DNA from: Candidatus Sulfopaludibacter sp. SbA3
Lineage (GTDB): Bacteria > Pseudomonadota > Alphaproteobacteria > Caulobacterales > Hyphomonadaceae
Length of the DNA: 64,000 nt
Reading direction: 5' to 3'
Assembly (NCBI GenBank): GCA_945888325.1
Contig: CAMDAC010000013.1
Location: 3,520-67,519, forward strand
Below, piece by piece: positions 31,034 to 40,671 of this stretch. A program made the position numbers and the translations under genes. The first letter of the stretch is position 1, and each line of letters starts with the position of its first letter. The notes beneath the pieces are model-generated. The model did no database searches. It saw nothing but the letters and a program-made list of their open reading frames with translations, and had not been told where the DNA came from.

Positions 31034-32437
31034 ATGACCGACACACCCCTGCCTTTCGATGTGACCGATGCCCTGCCCCTGCTCGCCGACGCGGCCAGAG
31101 GCGCTGACGACGCCGATCTCTACATCGAGCGTTCGCGCTCCGAGAGCTTCGTGTTCGATGACGGACGGCTGAAATCCGCCGCCTACGACACCGACCAGGG
31201 CTTCGGCTTGCGCGTCGTCGCGGGCGAATCACAAGGCGCGGGATATGCGTCGCAGCTCACGCTCGAGGCGATCCGCCGTGCAGCGGGCACTGCAGCCCAG
31301 GCGAAGCGCGGCTATTCCGGCAAGCTCGCCGCTGGCCCGCAGCCGACCAACCGCCGCCTCTATCCACCGATCGACCCGACGCTGAACACCGCCTTCACCG
31401 ACAAGACGAGCCTGCTCGCCGAAATCGACGCCTTCGCCCGCGCCGCAGACCCGCGCGTGGTGCAGGTGTCCGTGTCGCTGTCCGGCAGTCACACGGAAGT
31501 CGATATCCTGCGGCCCGACGGCGCCCAGTTCCACGATGTGCGCCCGCTGGTCCGGCTCAACGTCTCCGTCACGCTCGAGGAACACGGCCGCCGCGAATCG
31601 GCCGGCGCCGGAGCCGGTGGCCGCGCGGCCTATGACGAATGGATCGAACCTTCGCGCTGGCAGGCCATGGTGCGCCGCGCGATCCAGAAAGCCGAAGTGA
31701 ATCTGCAATCCATCCCCGCCCCCGCCGGCGAGATGGAAGTCGTGCTCGGCCCCGGCTGGCCCGCCGTGTTGCTGCACGAAGCGGTCGGCCACGGCCTCGA
31801 AGGCGACTTCAACCGCAAGGGCACCAGCGTCTATGCCGGCCGCATCGGCGAACAGGTCGCTGCCAAGGGCGTGACGATCATCGACGATGGCTCCATCGAC
31901 GCCCGGCGCGGTTCGCTCTCCTTCGACGATGAAGGCACACCGACCCAGCGCACCGTGCTGATCGAGGACGGAATCCTGAAAGGTTATATGCAAGACCGCA
32001 TGAACGCCCGCCTGATGGGCATGCAGCCCACCGGCAATGGCCGCCGCGAAAGCTACGAATCCCAGACGATGCCGCGCATGACCAACACGGTGATGCTCGG
32101 CGGAAACGATGACCCGAAAGACATCGTCGCCTCGATCAAGCGAGGCCTCTGGGCGGTCGATTTCGGCGGCGGCCAGGTCGACATCACCTCCGGCAACTTC
32201 GTGTTCCAGTGCACCGAAGCCTACCTCGTCGAGAACGGCAAGATCGTCGCGCCTGTCAAGAACGCCACGCTGATCGGCCACGGCCCGACGGCCCTCTCCG
32301 ATGTCACCATGATCGGCAACGATTTCGCGATGGATGACGGCGTCGGCGTCTGCGGCAAGGCGGGGCAATCGGTCCCCGTCGGCGTCGGCCAGCCGACGCT
32401 GAAAGTCGGTTCACTGACGGTCGGCGGCGCGGGCTGA
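31034..32437 (+). CDS. tldD: Metalloprotease TldD
   Basis: 467 aa. HExxxH-type motif LLHEAVGHGLEGD. PmbA_TldD family architecture. Confidence 0.9.
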   Translation: MTDTPLPFDVTDALPLLADAARGADDADLYIERSRSESFVFDDGRLKSAAYDTDQGFGLRVVAGESQGAGYASQLTLEAIRRAAGTAAQAKRGYSGKLAAGPQPTNRRLYPPIDPTLNTAFTDKTSLLAEIDAFARAADPRVVQVSVSLSGSHTEVDILRPDGAQFHDVRPLVRLNVSVTLEEHGRRESAGAGAGGRAAYDEWIEPSRWQAMVRRAIQKAEVNLQSIPAPAGEMEVVLGPGWPAVLLHEAVGHGLEGDFNRKGTSVYAGRIGEQVAAKGVTIIDDGSIDARRGSLSFDDEGTPTQRTVLIEDGILKGYMQDRMNARLMGMQPTGNGRRESYESQTMPRMTNTVMLGGNDDPKDIVASIKRGLWAVDFGGGQVDITSGNFVFQCTEAYLVENGKIVAPVKNATLIGHGPTALSDVTMIGNDFAMDDGVGVCGKAGQSVPVGVGQPTLKVGSLTVGGAG

Positions 32438-32459
32438 TACCTCTACGGCGACAAAAAAT

Positions 32460-32492
32460 GGGCGGCCTTGCGAGAGGCCGCCCTTTATTTTT
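32460..32492. terminator. Bidirectional intrinsic terminator between convergent tldD and the POT transporter
   Basis: An 8-bp GC stem (gggcggcc / ggccgccc) with an 8-nt loop, preceded by acaaaaaat and followed by tttattttt. Confidence 0.75.
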
Positions 32493-32506
32493 GGGGCCCT
32501 GAAACC

Positions 32507-34381
32507 TTACTTGCCCGCTGCAAGAGCCGCCGCTTCCGCCTCCAGAGCAGATTTGCTGGCCAGGCGTCCGGCTTTGCCGTGGCCCAGGTATTTCAGCAGG
32601 AAACTGCCCGCGCCAAGCAGGATGCCAAGGATGATCGCGACCACGCCGAGGCTCCAGAACACGTCCGAATAGGTCGCGAGCGCCTTGCCGGGATCGAGCA
32701 CCTGGCCGGCCACGGTATCGCTCGCGGTGAACTGTGCGATCAGGCCGGCTACATATTGTGCGAAGGCGGACGACAGGAACCAGCCGGCCATCATGAAGCT
32801 GACAACCGCGGCCGGCGACAGCTTGGTGATCATCGACAGGCCCACCGGCGATAGGCACAGCTCGCCGGTCGTGTGCAGCAGGTAGGCGAGCACGAGGAAG
32901 ACGAGCGGCACGCGGTAGCTTTCATCCGCGAACTGAACACCCCAGACCAGAACCCAGAACCCGAGGCCGACCTGCACCAGCGCCAGCGCAAACTTCAGCG
33001 CCGTATTGGGGTCTGCCTTGCGCGCGCCGAGCCAGGCCCAGAGCGCGGCGAAGACCGGCGCGAACAGCAGGATGAAACCGGAGTTGAAACTCTGCGTCTG
33101 CGCAGCGGTGACGGTCATGAAGCCATCATTCGGCAGCTGCGTGTTGCGCTCGGCAAACTGGTTCAGCGACGAGCCGCCCTGTTCAAACAGCGACCAGAAC
33201 ACGACCGACATGAAGATCAGGAACAGCGCGAGGACCAGTTCCTGGATTTCGCGCAGGTTGCACTTCGTCACCATGTAGAAAATCAGGTAGCCGCCGAACA
33301 GTACCAGGCCGCTCATCAGCGTGAGGAATGTGAACTGCGGGGTCTGCAGCAGGAACCAGACAGCCGCAACGCCCGGGATGGCGAGCAGGTAAAGCAGCCA
33401 TTCGAAGGAGACCGGGCCGAATTTCTTAGCGAGCAATTCCGGATTGGGCGGCGCGCCGACATGCTCGGGCAACTGGCGCTCGCCTGCGGTCCAGAACGCC
33501 AGGCGCTGGCGGGTGAAGACGAGCCAGCCGAAGGCCATGCCCACCGCGGCGAGGCCGAAACCGGCCCACCAGCCGACGGTCTGTCCGAGATAGCCGCACA
33601 GGATCGCTGCCCAGAAGGCGCCAAGGTTGATGCCGTAATAGTAAAGCGTGAAGCCGGCATCGCGGCGCGGATCGACGTCATCATAGAGCTGGCCGACGAT
33701 CGAGGAGATATTGGCCTTCAGGTAGCCGACACCCATCACGATCAGGGCCAGGGCAAGGAACAGGATGTTCGTATACAGAGGATCGCGAACTGGCTCCGAG
33801 AGGGTCTCCATGACGTTCGGGATGACCGTCGGCAGCGGGCTGCCCTGTTCGAGGCCGGTGAAGGTGATACCGCCCTCATCATTGACGTTGGCGCGGCAGC
33901 CATCATGGCTTTCCTCGCCGCCAAACAGGCAGCGCTGCGTGCCGGTCTCGATGAACACCTGACGCGAGCCGCCCCGGCCTTCGACCGCCAGGTTGTATTC
34001 TGCGCCATTGACCGTCATCGTCTGCGTGGCCTGCGGCCCGTGGAGGCCCATCGTCAGGTGTCCCGCGACGAGCAGCAGCGCGCCGAACGCGATGGCCTTG
34101 CGGTTGCCGAGATACTTGTCCGCGAGGAAGCCGCCGAGCAGCGGCAGAAGGTACACAAGCGCCGTGTAGGAGCCATACTGGCCCTGCGCCGTGCGGTCAT
34201 CGAACAGGAAGTGCTGGGTCAGGTAGAAGATCAGCAGGCCGCGCATGCCGTAGAAGGAGAAGCGCTCCCACATCTCGGCGAAGAAAAGGATGTGCAGGCC
34301 CTTGGGATGTTTCCGCATCTGGCTGAAGACCGGGATACAGGTCGCCAGTGTGATGAAAATGCCCAGAACAATAACCAGCAT
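32507..34381 (-). CDS. POT/PTR2 family di/tripeptide:proton symporter with an enlarged TM3-TM4 loop
   Basis: 624 aa. POT motifs EMWERFSFYGMRGLL and GGFLADKYLG. An extra ~85-90-aa hydrophilic segment lies at about aa 113-203. Confidence 0.85.
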   Translation of the reverse strand: MLVIVLGIFITLATCIPVFSQMRKHPKGLHILFFAEMWERFSFYGMRGLLIFYLTQHFLFDDRTAQGQYGSYTALVYLLPLLGGFLADKYLGNRKAIAFGALLLVAGHLTMGLHGPQATQTMTVNGAEYNLAVEGRGGSRQVFIETGTQRCLFGGEESHDGCRANVNDEGGITFTGLEQGSPLPTVIPNVMETLSEPVRDPLYTNILFLALALIVMGVGYLKANISSIVGQLYDDVDPRRDAGFTLYYYGINLGAFWAAILCGYLGQTVGWWAGFGLAAVGMAFGWLVFTRQRLAFWTAGERQLPEHVGAPPNPELLAKKFGPVSFEWLLYLLAIPGVAAVWFLLQTPQFTFLTLMSGLVLFGGYLIFYMVTKCNLREIQELVLALFLIFMSVVFWSLFEQGGSSLNQFAERNTQLPNDGFMTVTAAQTQSFNSGFILLFAPVFAALWAWLGARKADPNTALKFALALVQVGLGFWVLVWGVQFADESYRVPLVFLVLAYLLHTTGELCLSPVGLSMITKLSPAAVVSFMMAGWFLSSAFAQYVAGLIAQFTASDTVAGQVLDPGKALATYSDVFWSLGVVAIILGILLGAGSFLLKYLGHGKAGRLASKSALEAEAAALAAGK

Positions 34382-34569
34382 GAACGGCTCCCCAGCGCGC
34401 TAAGTGACACGGCCCGCCGGAGGCGTCCGGATTGTGTCAAAGGTTTGACCATGCCCCGGCGGATGGCTCAAGGCGGTTTCTGCCGTTACCCAAGATGCGC
34501 CTGGCGCGCGAAAACAGTCCACACGGCCACAAGGCGAGTTGTGGGCGGTTTATGGACTGGGAAACAGGC

Positions 34570-35949
34570 TCAGTACGCCTCTTCGGCGAACACCTTCGTA
34601 AGGTCTTTTTTCCAGGGTCCATGATAGCGCTGGAGGAGGCGTTCGGCCGGCGTGAGGCCCGAGGCGGCGATCTCGTCGAGGCTCGACAGGAAGCCGGACT
34701 CGTCGTCGCCCGCAGCGGACAGCTTGCCCCGGTCGCGCAGGCCGGCGCGGCTGATCGCGAGCACTTCTTTCGCCAGATCCTGCATCGAGCGTCCGCCCGG
34801 GATCGGCGTGCGAAGGCCGAGCGTGCGCACGCCCTGGCGCATCACTTCGCGCTCCGGCGCGGACCAGTTCTTCACCAGGTCCCAGGCCGCATCGAGCGAG
34901 GATTGCGAATACAGGATACCGGTCCAGAAGGCCGAGAAGGCGCAGAGCCGGTCCCAGGGGCCGGCGTCCGAGCCGCGCATCTCAAGGAAGCGTTTCAGGC
35001 GCACTTCCGGGAAGATGGTCGAGAGGTGGTCGACAAAATCGTCCATTGCCGGGCGCTCGCCCGGCAGGATCGCCAGCTTGCCGTCCATGAAATCGCGGAA
35101 GCTGAGGCCGCTCGCGTCGAGATACTGCCCGCCCCGGCGCACGAAATACATCGGCACATCGAGCGCGTAGTCGACGTATTGCTCAAAGCCGAACCCGCTC
35201 TCGAAGGCGAAGGGCAGCATGCCGGAGCGGTCGGGGTCCGTGTCAGTCCAGATCTGCGACCGGTACGAGAGGAAGCCGTTCGGCCGCCCGTCGATGAAGG
35301 GCGAGTTGGCAAACAGCGCCGTTCCCAGAGGCTGCAGCGCGAGCGACACGCGCATCTTCTGCACCATGTCCGCCTCGGACGAGAAATCGAGGTTTGCCTG
35401 CACCGTGCAGGTGCGGAACATCATCTGGCGGCCGAGGCGCCCGACCTTGTCCATGTACGCGGTCATGATCTTGTAGCGGCCCTTGGGCATCACCGGCGTC
35501 TCGGCGAGGCTCCAGATCGGGCTGGCGCCAAGGCCGAGGAAGCCTATGCCCAGCGGTTCGGCCAGGACGCGCACTTCAGTCAGGTGCTGGCCAACTTCAA
35601 TGCAGGTCTCGTGGATCGACTCCAGCGGCGCGCCGGACAGTTCGAACTGCCCGCCGGGCTCCAGGCTGACGCTGGCGCCGTTTTTCTTCAGGCCGATCAA
35701 ATGGCCGCCCTCGATGATCGGTTCCCAGCCGAACCGGTCCCGCAGGCCCTCCAGCATGGCCTTGACGGAGGCCTTGCCCTCATAGGGCAGCGGCTTCAGG
35801 CCGTCCCAGAGGAAGCCGAACTTCTCGTGCTCGGTGCCAATGCGCCAGTCGGTCTTCGGCTTGTTGCCGCCTTCGAGATACGTCACCAGCTCGGTCTTGC
35901 CGCTGATCCGGGGCGAGGCTTCGTCGATGTCGCTGGTGGGGGTCGTCAT
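34570..35949 (-). CDS. gshA: Glutamate-cysteine ligase (plant/alphaproteobacterial GCS2 type)
   Basis: ATG 35949 within track ORF 34570..36012. 459 aa. Sequence resembles GCS2-type GshA (IGTEHEKFGF, RTCTVQANLD). Confidence 0.85.
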   Translation of the reverse strand: MTTPTSDIDEASPRISGKTELVTYLEGGNKPKTDWRIGTEHEKFGFLWDGLKPLPYEGKASVKAMLEGLRDRFGWEPIIEGGHLIGLKKNGASVSLEPGGQFELSGAPLESIHETCIEVGQHLTEVRVLAEPLGIGFLGLGASPIWSLAETPVMPKGRYKIMTAYMDKVGRLGRQMMFRTCTVQANLDFSSEADMVQKMRVSLALQPLGTALFANSPFIDGRPNGFLSYRSQIWTDTDPDRSGMLPFAFESGFGFEQYVDYALDVPMYFVRRGGQYLDASGLSFRDFMDGKLAILPGERPAMDDFVDHLSTIFPEVRLKRFLEMRGSDAGPWDRLCAFSAFWTGILYSQSSLDAAWDLVKNWSAPEREVMRQGVRTLGLRTPIPGGRSMQDLAKEVLAISRAGLRDRGKLSAAGDDESGFLSSLDEIAASGLTPAERLLQRYHGPWKKDLTKVFAEEAY

Positions 35950-36045
35950 CGTTGCGCTCCGGGCGGCTATCTTGTCCGGCGTGGAGATAAGGCCGAAATG
36001 TGGCGGCGCCAATGGGGGGCCCCAATTGTTACATTTCCGTCGCCG

Positions 36046-36813
36046 TCAGCCCCAGTCGCCGCAGACCGCCTGCCAGAGCGCCATGGCCGCAATGGCGGCC
36101 GTTTCAGCCCGCAGGATGCGGGGGCCAAGGCTCACCGCCCAGGTGCTGGCCCGCCCGCGCAGGAAGGCGCGTTCCTCGCCGGTGAACCCACCTTCAGGGC
36201 CGATCAGGAGGGCGGCGTCCCGGCCTGCCAGACCGTTCAAGACGGCGCGCATAGGCCCGGCCCGGCCGGCCTCGCCGCCCCAGGGGGCGCCCGCCTCGTC
36301 GCCCGCTTCGTCACAGAAAATGACAGCGGTGCCGGGCGGCAGGGCGGCCAGGGCCGCGTCCAGCGTGGCCACTTCCGCAATCTCGGGCAGATCAAGCCGC
36401 TCAGTCTGCTCGGCGGCTTCGAGGGCAATCTTGCGGAACCGGTCGAGCCGCACGGTGCGGGTTTGCGTGCGCTGGGTCAGCACCGGTACGACGCGGACGG
36501 CGCCGAGTTCGGTGGCTTTTTCCACGATCAGGTCCGTCTGATCCTTCTTCACTGGGGCAAACAGCAGCGTCAGCGCCGGGGACGCTGGAGGCGGTTGCAA
36601 GCGCAGCTGCGACACGGGCGTGACCTCAGCCTTCTTGCCCGCTGCCGAGAGGGCCGCGTTCCATTCCCCGTCCCGACCATTGAACAGGCGCACCTCGTCG
36701 CCTGCCCCAAGGCGGAGCACGCGCAGCAGGTAGTTCGACTGTTCCTCGTCCAGCGCGACGGCGCGCCCGGCAGAAAGATCAGCAGAAACAAAGAGTCGCG
36801 GCGTTGTCGGCAT
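36046..36813 (-). CDS. rsmE: 16S rRNA (uracil1498-N3)-methyltransferase
   Basis: 255 aa. N-terminal PRLFV...HYLLRVLRL-type PUA-like region and a C-terminal SPOUT knot (LGPRILRAETAA). Confidence 0.85.
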   Translation of the reverse strand: MPTTPRLFVSADLSAGRAVALDEEQSNYLLRVLRLGAGDEVRLFNGRDGEWNAALSAAGKKAEVTPVSQLRLQPPPASPALTLLFAPVKKDQTDLIVEKATELGAVRVVPVLTQRTQTRTVRLDRFRKIALEAAEQTERLDLPEIAEVATLDAALAALPPGTAVIFCDEAGDEAGAPWGGEAGRAGPMRAVLNGLAGRDAALLIGPEGGFTGEERAFLRGRASTWAVSLGPRILRAETAAIAAMALWQAVCGDWG

Positions 36814-36904
36814 GCGGCGCGGTATAGGCCGTTTCGCGCGCCATTGTCAGGTGTGGCTTTTGCATCACGCCTTGTAGTTTTGAAAGCACAACCGGTGCGA
36901 GAAG

Positions 36905-38077
36905 ATGGCAAATCATTTATATCCCGTCGTGATGAGCCAGCCGCCCCGCTACGACAAAACGGAAACCTTCAGCTATCCGGCTGATACCGCCCTTCCCGGC
37001 TGGCTCGAGAGCCTGCCGGCTGGATGGCGGCCCTATGCCATGCTGGCGCGGCTCGACCGGCCGGTGGGCATATGGCTGCTGTTCCTGCCCTGCGTCATCG
37101 GCCTCGCCTTCCAGCGCCTCTCCGGCGGCCTGTTCCTGGCGGACCTTGCCTGGGCCGCATTGTTCCTGATCGGCGCGGCCGTGATGCGCGGCGCGGGCTG
37201 CACCTGGAACGACATCACCGACCGGGACTTTGACGCCAAGGTCTCGCGCACCGCCCGTCGGCCGATCCCGTCGGGCGCGGTGACGCTGAAGCAGGCCTAC
37301 ACCTTCCTGCTCGTCCAGCTGGGCATCGGCTTTGGGGTCTGGCTCTTGCTGCCGGGCGACGCCAAGATCACCGCCCTGCTCGCGCTGCCGCTGGTCGCCG
37401 TCTACCCCTTCGCCAAGCGCGTGACCTGGTGGCCGCAAGCCTGGCTGGGCCTGACTTTCAACTGGGGCGTCCTGGTCGGCGCCGCGACCGCCAGCGTCAT
37501 CACCGGCCCCGTCTACATCCTCTATTTCGGGCTCGTCCTCTGGACCGTCGCCTACGACACCATCTACGCCCTGCAGGACCGCGAGGACGACGCGCTGATC
37601 GGTGTGCGCTCCACAGCGCGCCTCTTCGGCAAGCGGGCGGTGCTGATCTCCTTCTGCTTCCACATGGGCGCCGCCGCGCTGATCGCGCTCGCCGGAATGT
37701 TCAACGATGCCGGACGGATCGGGGCGTTCACCGCGCTGGTCTTCCTCGTGCACGGCCTCTGGCAGACGATGACGCTGAAAACGCAGGGCGAGAAATCCGC
37801 GCTGCGGGTGTTCAAGTCGAACGTCTGGGCCGGCGCGCTCGTCGCGGCGGGTTTCCTGTTTGCGGCGCTGCTGCCGGAACGGGCGCCGGAGTCGATCTTC
37901 GCGGCGCCTGCCGTTGCGCCGCCGGAGCGGGCGGAAGCTGTGTCGCTCCCCTTCGGCTTCGAACTGCGCCGCAAACCGGAGCCGAAATCGGATGTCTGGC
38001 TGGTTCGCGAAATCCGCGCCGCGATGGAACTGCGCGGGCTGGACCCCGACGCCACGGAAACCCAGCCCGAAAGGTGA
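36905..38077 (+). CDS. ubiA: 4-hydroxybenzoate polyprenyltransferase with a ~70-aa C-terminal extension
   Basis: Aspartate-rich motif CTWNDITDRDFD and YDTIYALQDREDD. 390 aa. The hydrophilic tail after the last TM helix is unusual. Confidence 0.85.
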   Translation: MANHLYPVVMSQPPRYDKTETFSYPADTALPGWLESLPAGWRPYAMLARLDRPVGIWLLFLPCVIGLAFQRLSGGLFLADLAWAALFLIGAAVMRGAGCTWNDITDRDFDAKVSRTARRPIPSGAVTLKQAYTFLLVQLGIGFGVWLLLPGDAKITALLALPLVAVYPFAKRVTWWPQAWLGLTFNWGVLVGAATASVITGPVYILYFGLVLWTVAYDTIYALQDREDDALIGVRSTARLFGKRAVLISFCFHMGAAALIALAGMFNDAGRIGAFTALVFLVHGLWQTMTLKTQGEKSALRVFKSNVWAGALVAAGFLFAALLPERAPESIFAAPAVAPPERAEAVSLPFGFELRRKPEPKSDVWLVREIRAAMELRGLDPDATETQPER

Positions 38078-38108
38078 CGGCGGTGTCAGGCTGGCTTATA
38101 CTGCCCTC

Positions 38109-39074
38109 ATGCCCGCCACTGCCCGCATCCGCCCGCTTGACCTCTTCACCCGCGAGGACTGGGAGCGCCTGTCCGCGCGCAATGCCTGGATGGGGCCGCT
38201 GCTGGTGGTGCACGCCTGGGTGATCATCGCGGCGGCGATAGCGCTGTCGATCTGGTCGCTGTGGTTACTGCCGGTCTCGATCATGCTGATCGGGGCGCGC
38301 CAGCTAGGCCTCACCATCCTGATGCACGACGCGGCGCACGGCGCGCTGCATCCGAATGCGAAGGTCAACGATTTCATCGGCCACTGGCTCGCCGGCGCGC
38401 CGATGGGCGGGCACCTGAAGGCCTACCGGCAGTATCACCTTACGCATCACAAGTTCGCCCAGCAGGAAGAAGACCCGGACCTCATCCTTTCGAAGCCCTT
38501 CCCGGTGACGCGCACGTCCCTGCGCCGCAAGATCATCCGTGACCTGACGGGCCAGACTTTCTACAAGCAACGCGCCAACCAGTTCGCCAACGCTTTCGGT
38601 ATCGGGATCAAGAAGGGCCCCGGCGCGGAGAACCGCTCACAGTCCGCACGTGAAGCCGTGATCCCGATGATTGTCACCAACCTCGTGATCTTCAGTGTGC
38701 TGACACTGCTTGGCCACTGGTGGGCGTATTTCATTCTGTGGCTGCTGCCGATGGCGACGTGGATGATGATGATCACCCGGCTCCGCAATATCGGCGAGCA
38801 TGCCGTAGTGCCGGACAACAACGATCCGATGCGCCACGCGCGCACCACGCTGGCCAACCCTCTGGAAGGCTTGCTGCTGGCGCCTTATTGGGTGAACTAT
38901 CACTGCGAGCATCACATGTTCATGCACGTGCCCTGCTACCGCCTCGGCCTCATCCACCGCGCACTCGCCGCCAAGGGCGTGACGCAGCGGATGGAAGTGC
39001 AACACGGCTACCTGAAGGTGCTCGCGATGGCGACGTCGAAACCCGAGACACCGAAAGGCCTGGCCCCCGCATGA
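38109..39074 (+). CDS. Fatty acid desaturase family protein
   Basis: ATG 38109 within track ORF 37860..39074. Three His boxes: HDAAHG, HLTHH, HCEHH. Confidence 0.8.
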   Translation: MPATARIRPLDLFTREDWERLSARNAWMGPLLVVHAWVIIAAAIALSIWSLWLLPVSIMLIGARQLGLTILMHDAAHGALHPNAKVNDFIGHWLAGAPMGGHLKAYRQYHLTHHKFAQQEEDPDLILSKPFPVTRTSLRRKIIRDLTGQTFYKQRANQFANAFGIGIKKGPGAENRSQSAREAVIPMIVTNLVIFSVLTLLGHWWAYFILWLLPMATWMMMITRLRNIGEHAVVPDNNDPMRHARTTLANPLEGLLLAPYWVNYHCEHHMFMHVPCYRLGLIHRALAAKGVTQRMEVQHGYLKVLAMATSKPETPKGLAPA

Positions 39075-39745
39075 CTGTCGTGATCGAAATGGTGTCGGAC
39101 ATTGTGTGCCCCTGGTGCTGGCTGGGCCTGCGCCGGATCGAAGAGGCCCGGGCGCTCGCGCCGGAGGTCGAGGTGCAGCTGCTTTTCCGGCCCTACGAGT
39201 TGGACCCCACGATCCCGCCGGAGGGCGTTGACTACAAGGCCTACATGTCGGGCCGCGTGAGTTCGCCGGAAGGCAAGGAACGCATGGCCGCGATGCGGCA
39301 AGCGCTGATCGACTATGGCAACGCCGAGAACATCCCTTATCGCTTCGACGCGGTGACGCACCGGCCGAACAGTTTCGATGCGCACCGCCTCGTGCGCTGG
39401 GCACAGGGACAGGGCAAAGGCGGCGCCGCCAAGGAAGCGCTGTTCCGCGCCTATTTCAACGAAGCGCGCGATGTGGGCGATCACGGCGTGCTCGTAGACA
39501 TCGCACGTTCGATTGATCTGGATCCGGACATTGTGGCGGACCTGCTGAAATCCGGCGCCGACACCGACGCGGTGCGCGCCGAGGCCGAGACGTTCCGGCA
39601 GATGGGCATCTCCGGCGTCCCCACATACATCGCCAACCGGCGCGTAGCCGTGCAGGGCGCCGAGAGCGCCGAGAAGCTCGCTAAGTTCATCCGGCATGCC
39701 GCCTCCCTCCTCCCGCAGGAGCGCCCGGCAGGCCAGCCTTCATGA
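39071..39745 (+). CDS. DsbA-family oxidoreductase (FrnE / HCCA-isomerase-like)
   Basis: ATG 39071 overlaps the desaturase stop (ATGA). N-terminal CPWC thioredoxin-fold motif (DIVCPWCWLG). Confidence 0.75.
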   Translation: MTVVIEMVSDIVCPWCWLGLRRIEEARALAPEVEVQLLFRPYELDPTIPPEGVDYKAYMSGRVSSPEGKERMAAMRQALIDYGNAENIPYRFDAVTHRPNSFDAHRLVRWAQGQGKGGAAKEALFRAYFNEARDVGDHGVLVDIARSIDLDPDIVADLLKSGADTDAVRAEAETFRQMGISGVPTYIANRRVAVQGAESAEKLAKFIRHAASLLPQERPAGQPS

Positions 39746-40539
39746 GCGCGATGGACCTCGTCCGCATCCAGACGGACGGCCGCATCGCCACCGTCAGCTT
39801 CGACACCGGCGCCAAGGCCAATGCCCTCAGCCAGAAACTGATGCGCGAGCTGACCGAAGCCGCGCGCCTGTTCGCGGGCGATCCGGCGATCTCTGCCGTC
39901 ATCCTCACGGGCCGCACCGAGAATTTCACGATGGGCGCCGACCTGCGCGATCCCGAAGGCGTAGACGTGCGCCGCCTCGGTCTCGCCGAACGGCGCGTGC
40001 GCCTGCGCACCGGGCCGGCAATGTGCGAGGCCTGGGAAGCGGTGGATGCGCTGACGATCTGCGCCATTGAGGGCTGGTGCGTTGGCGGCGGCGCGGCCCT
40101 CGCCGTCTCCTGCGATCTGCGCGTCGCCTCCGGGGCGTCCACGATCTACGTGCCTGAAGTCGAGCGCGGCATGAACATGAGCTGGGGCTCGATCCCGCGT
40201 TTCGTCGCGCTGGCGGGACCGGCGCGCGCGAAACGGATTGCGGGCCTGTGCGAAAAGGTGAGCGCGCAAACGGCGCTCGGCTGGGGCCTCGTCGATCACA
40301 TCACCCCGCCCGGCGGCGCGCTCGCCAAGGCGCGCGAGATCGCCGAGGCTGCTGCAAAGCTTCCGCCGACGGCGCTGAAGATGGTGAAGCAGGACGTGAA
40401 CGTCGCCGCACTGGCGCTCGCCAAGGCCACCGCCCACCGCGACCTCGAAGCCTTCGCCCTCATGCAGCAGACGGACGATTTCCGGGAAGGCGTGAAGGCG
40501 TTCTTCGAAAAGCGGGACCCTGATTTTACGGGGGATTGA
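39742..40539 (+). CDS. Enoyl-CoA hydratase/isomerase (crotonase) family protein
   Basis: 265 aa. ATGA overlap with the upstream gene. Crotonase-fold pattern (ICAIEGWCVGGGAALA). Confidence 0.85.
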   Translation: MSAMDLVRIQTDGRIATVSFDTGAKANALSQKLMRELTEAARLFAGDPAISAVILTGRTENFTMGADLRDPEGVDVRRLGLAERRVRLRTGPAMCEAWEAVDALTICAIEGWCVGGGAALAVSCDLRVASGASTIYVPEVERGMNMSWGSIPRFVALAGPARAKRIAGLCEKVSAQTALGWGLVDHITPPGGALAKAREIAEAAAKLPPTALKMVKQDVNVAALALAKATAHRDLEAFALMQQTDDFREGVKAFFEKRDPDFTGD

Positions 40540-40561
40540 ACTCGGCTTATCAAGCAATGCA

Positions 40562-40649
40562 CAGCTCATCCTGAGCGAAGTCGACGGATGGGCCAAGACG
40601 AGCTGACATTTCCTGTGGCCCATCCTTCGACTTCGCTCAGGATGAGCTG
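40562..40649. repeat. Long imperfect palindrome (33-nt arms, 22-nt loop), REP/MITE-like, between convergent genes
   Basis: Left arm cagctcatcctgagcgaagtcgacggatgggcc (40562-40594) pairs 32/33 with right arm ggcccatccttcgacttcgctcaggatgagctg (40617-40649). Confidence 0.85.
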
Positions 40650-40671
40650 CATTTAGCGGCGAGCGTAGCTG

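Noticed and set aside
32873-34624. A 583-aa plus-strand ORF opposite the POT transporter.
   Set aside because: It is the antisense frame of a well-supported transporter, with low-complexity, highly charged composition and no RBS or start context.
34432-36984. An 850-aa plus-strand ORF, the longest in the track.
   Set aside because: It runs exactly antisense to gshA and rsmE, both of which carry family-specific motifs. Its product is Arg/Ala/Gly/Pro-rich low-complexity sequence with no recognisable domain. Long stop-free antisense frames are expected at this G+C content.
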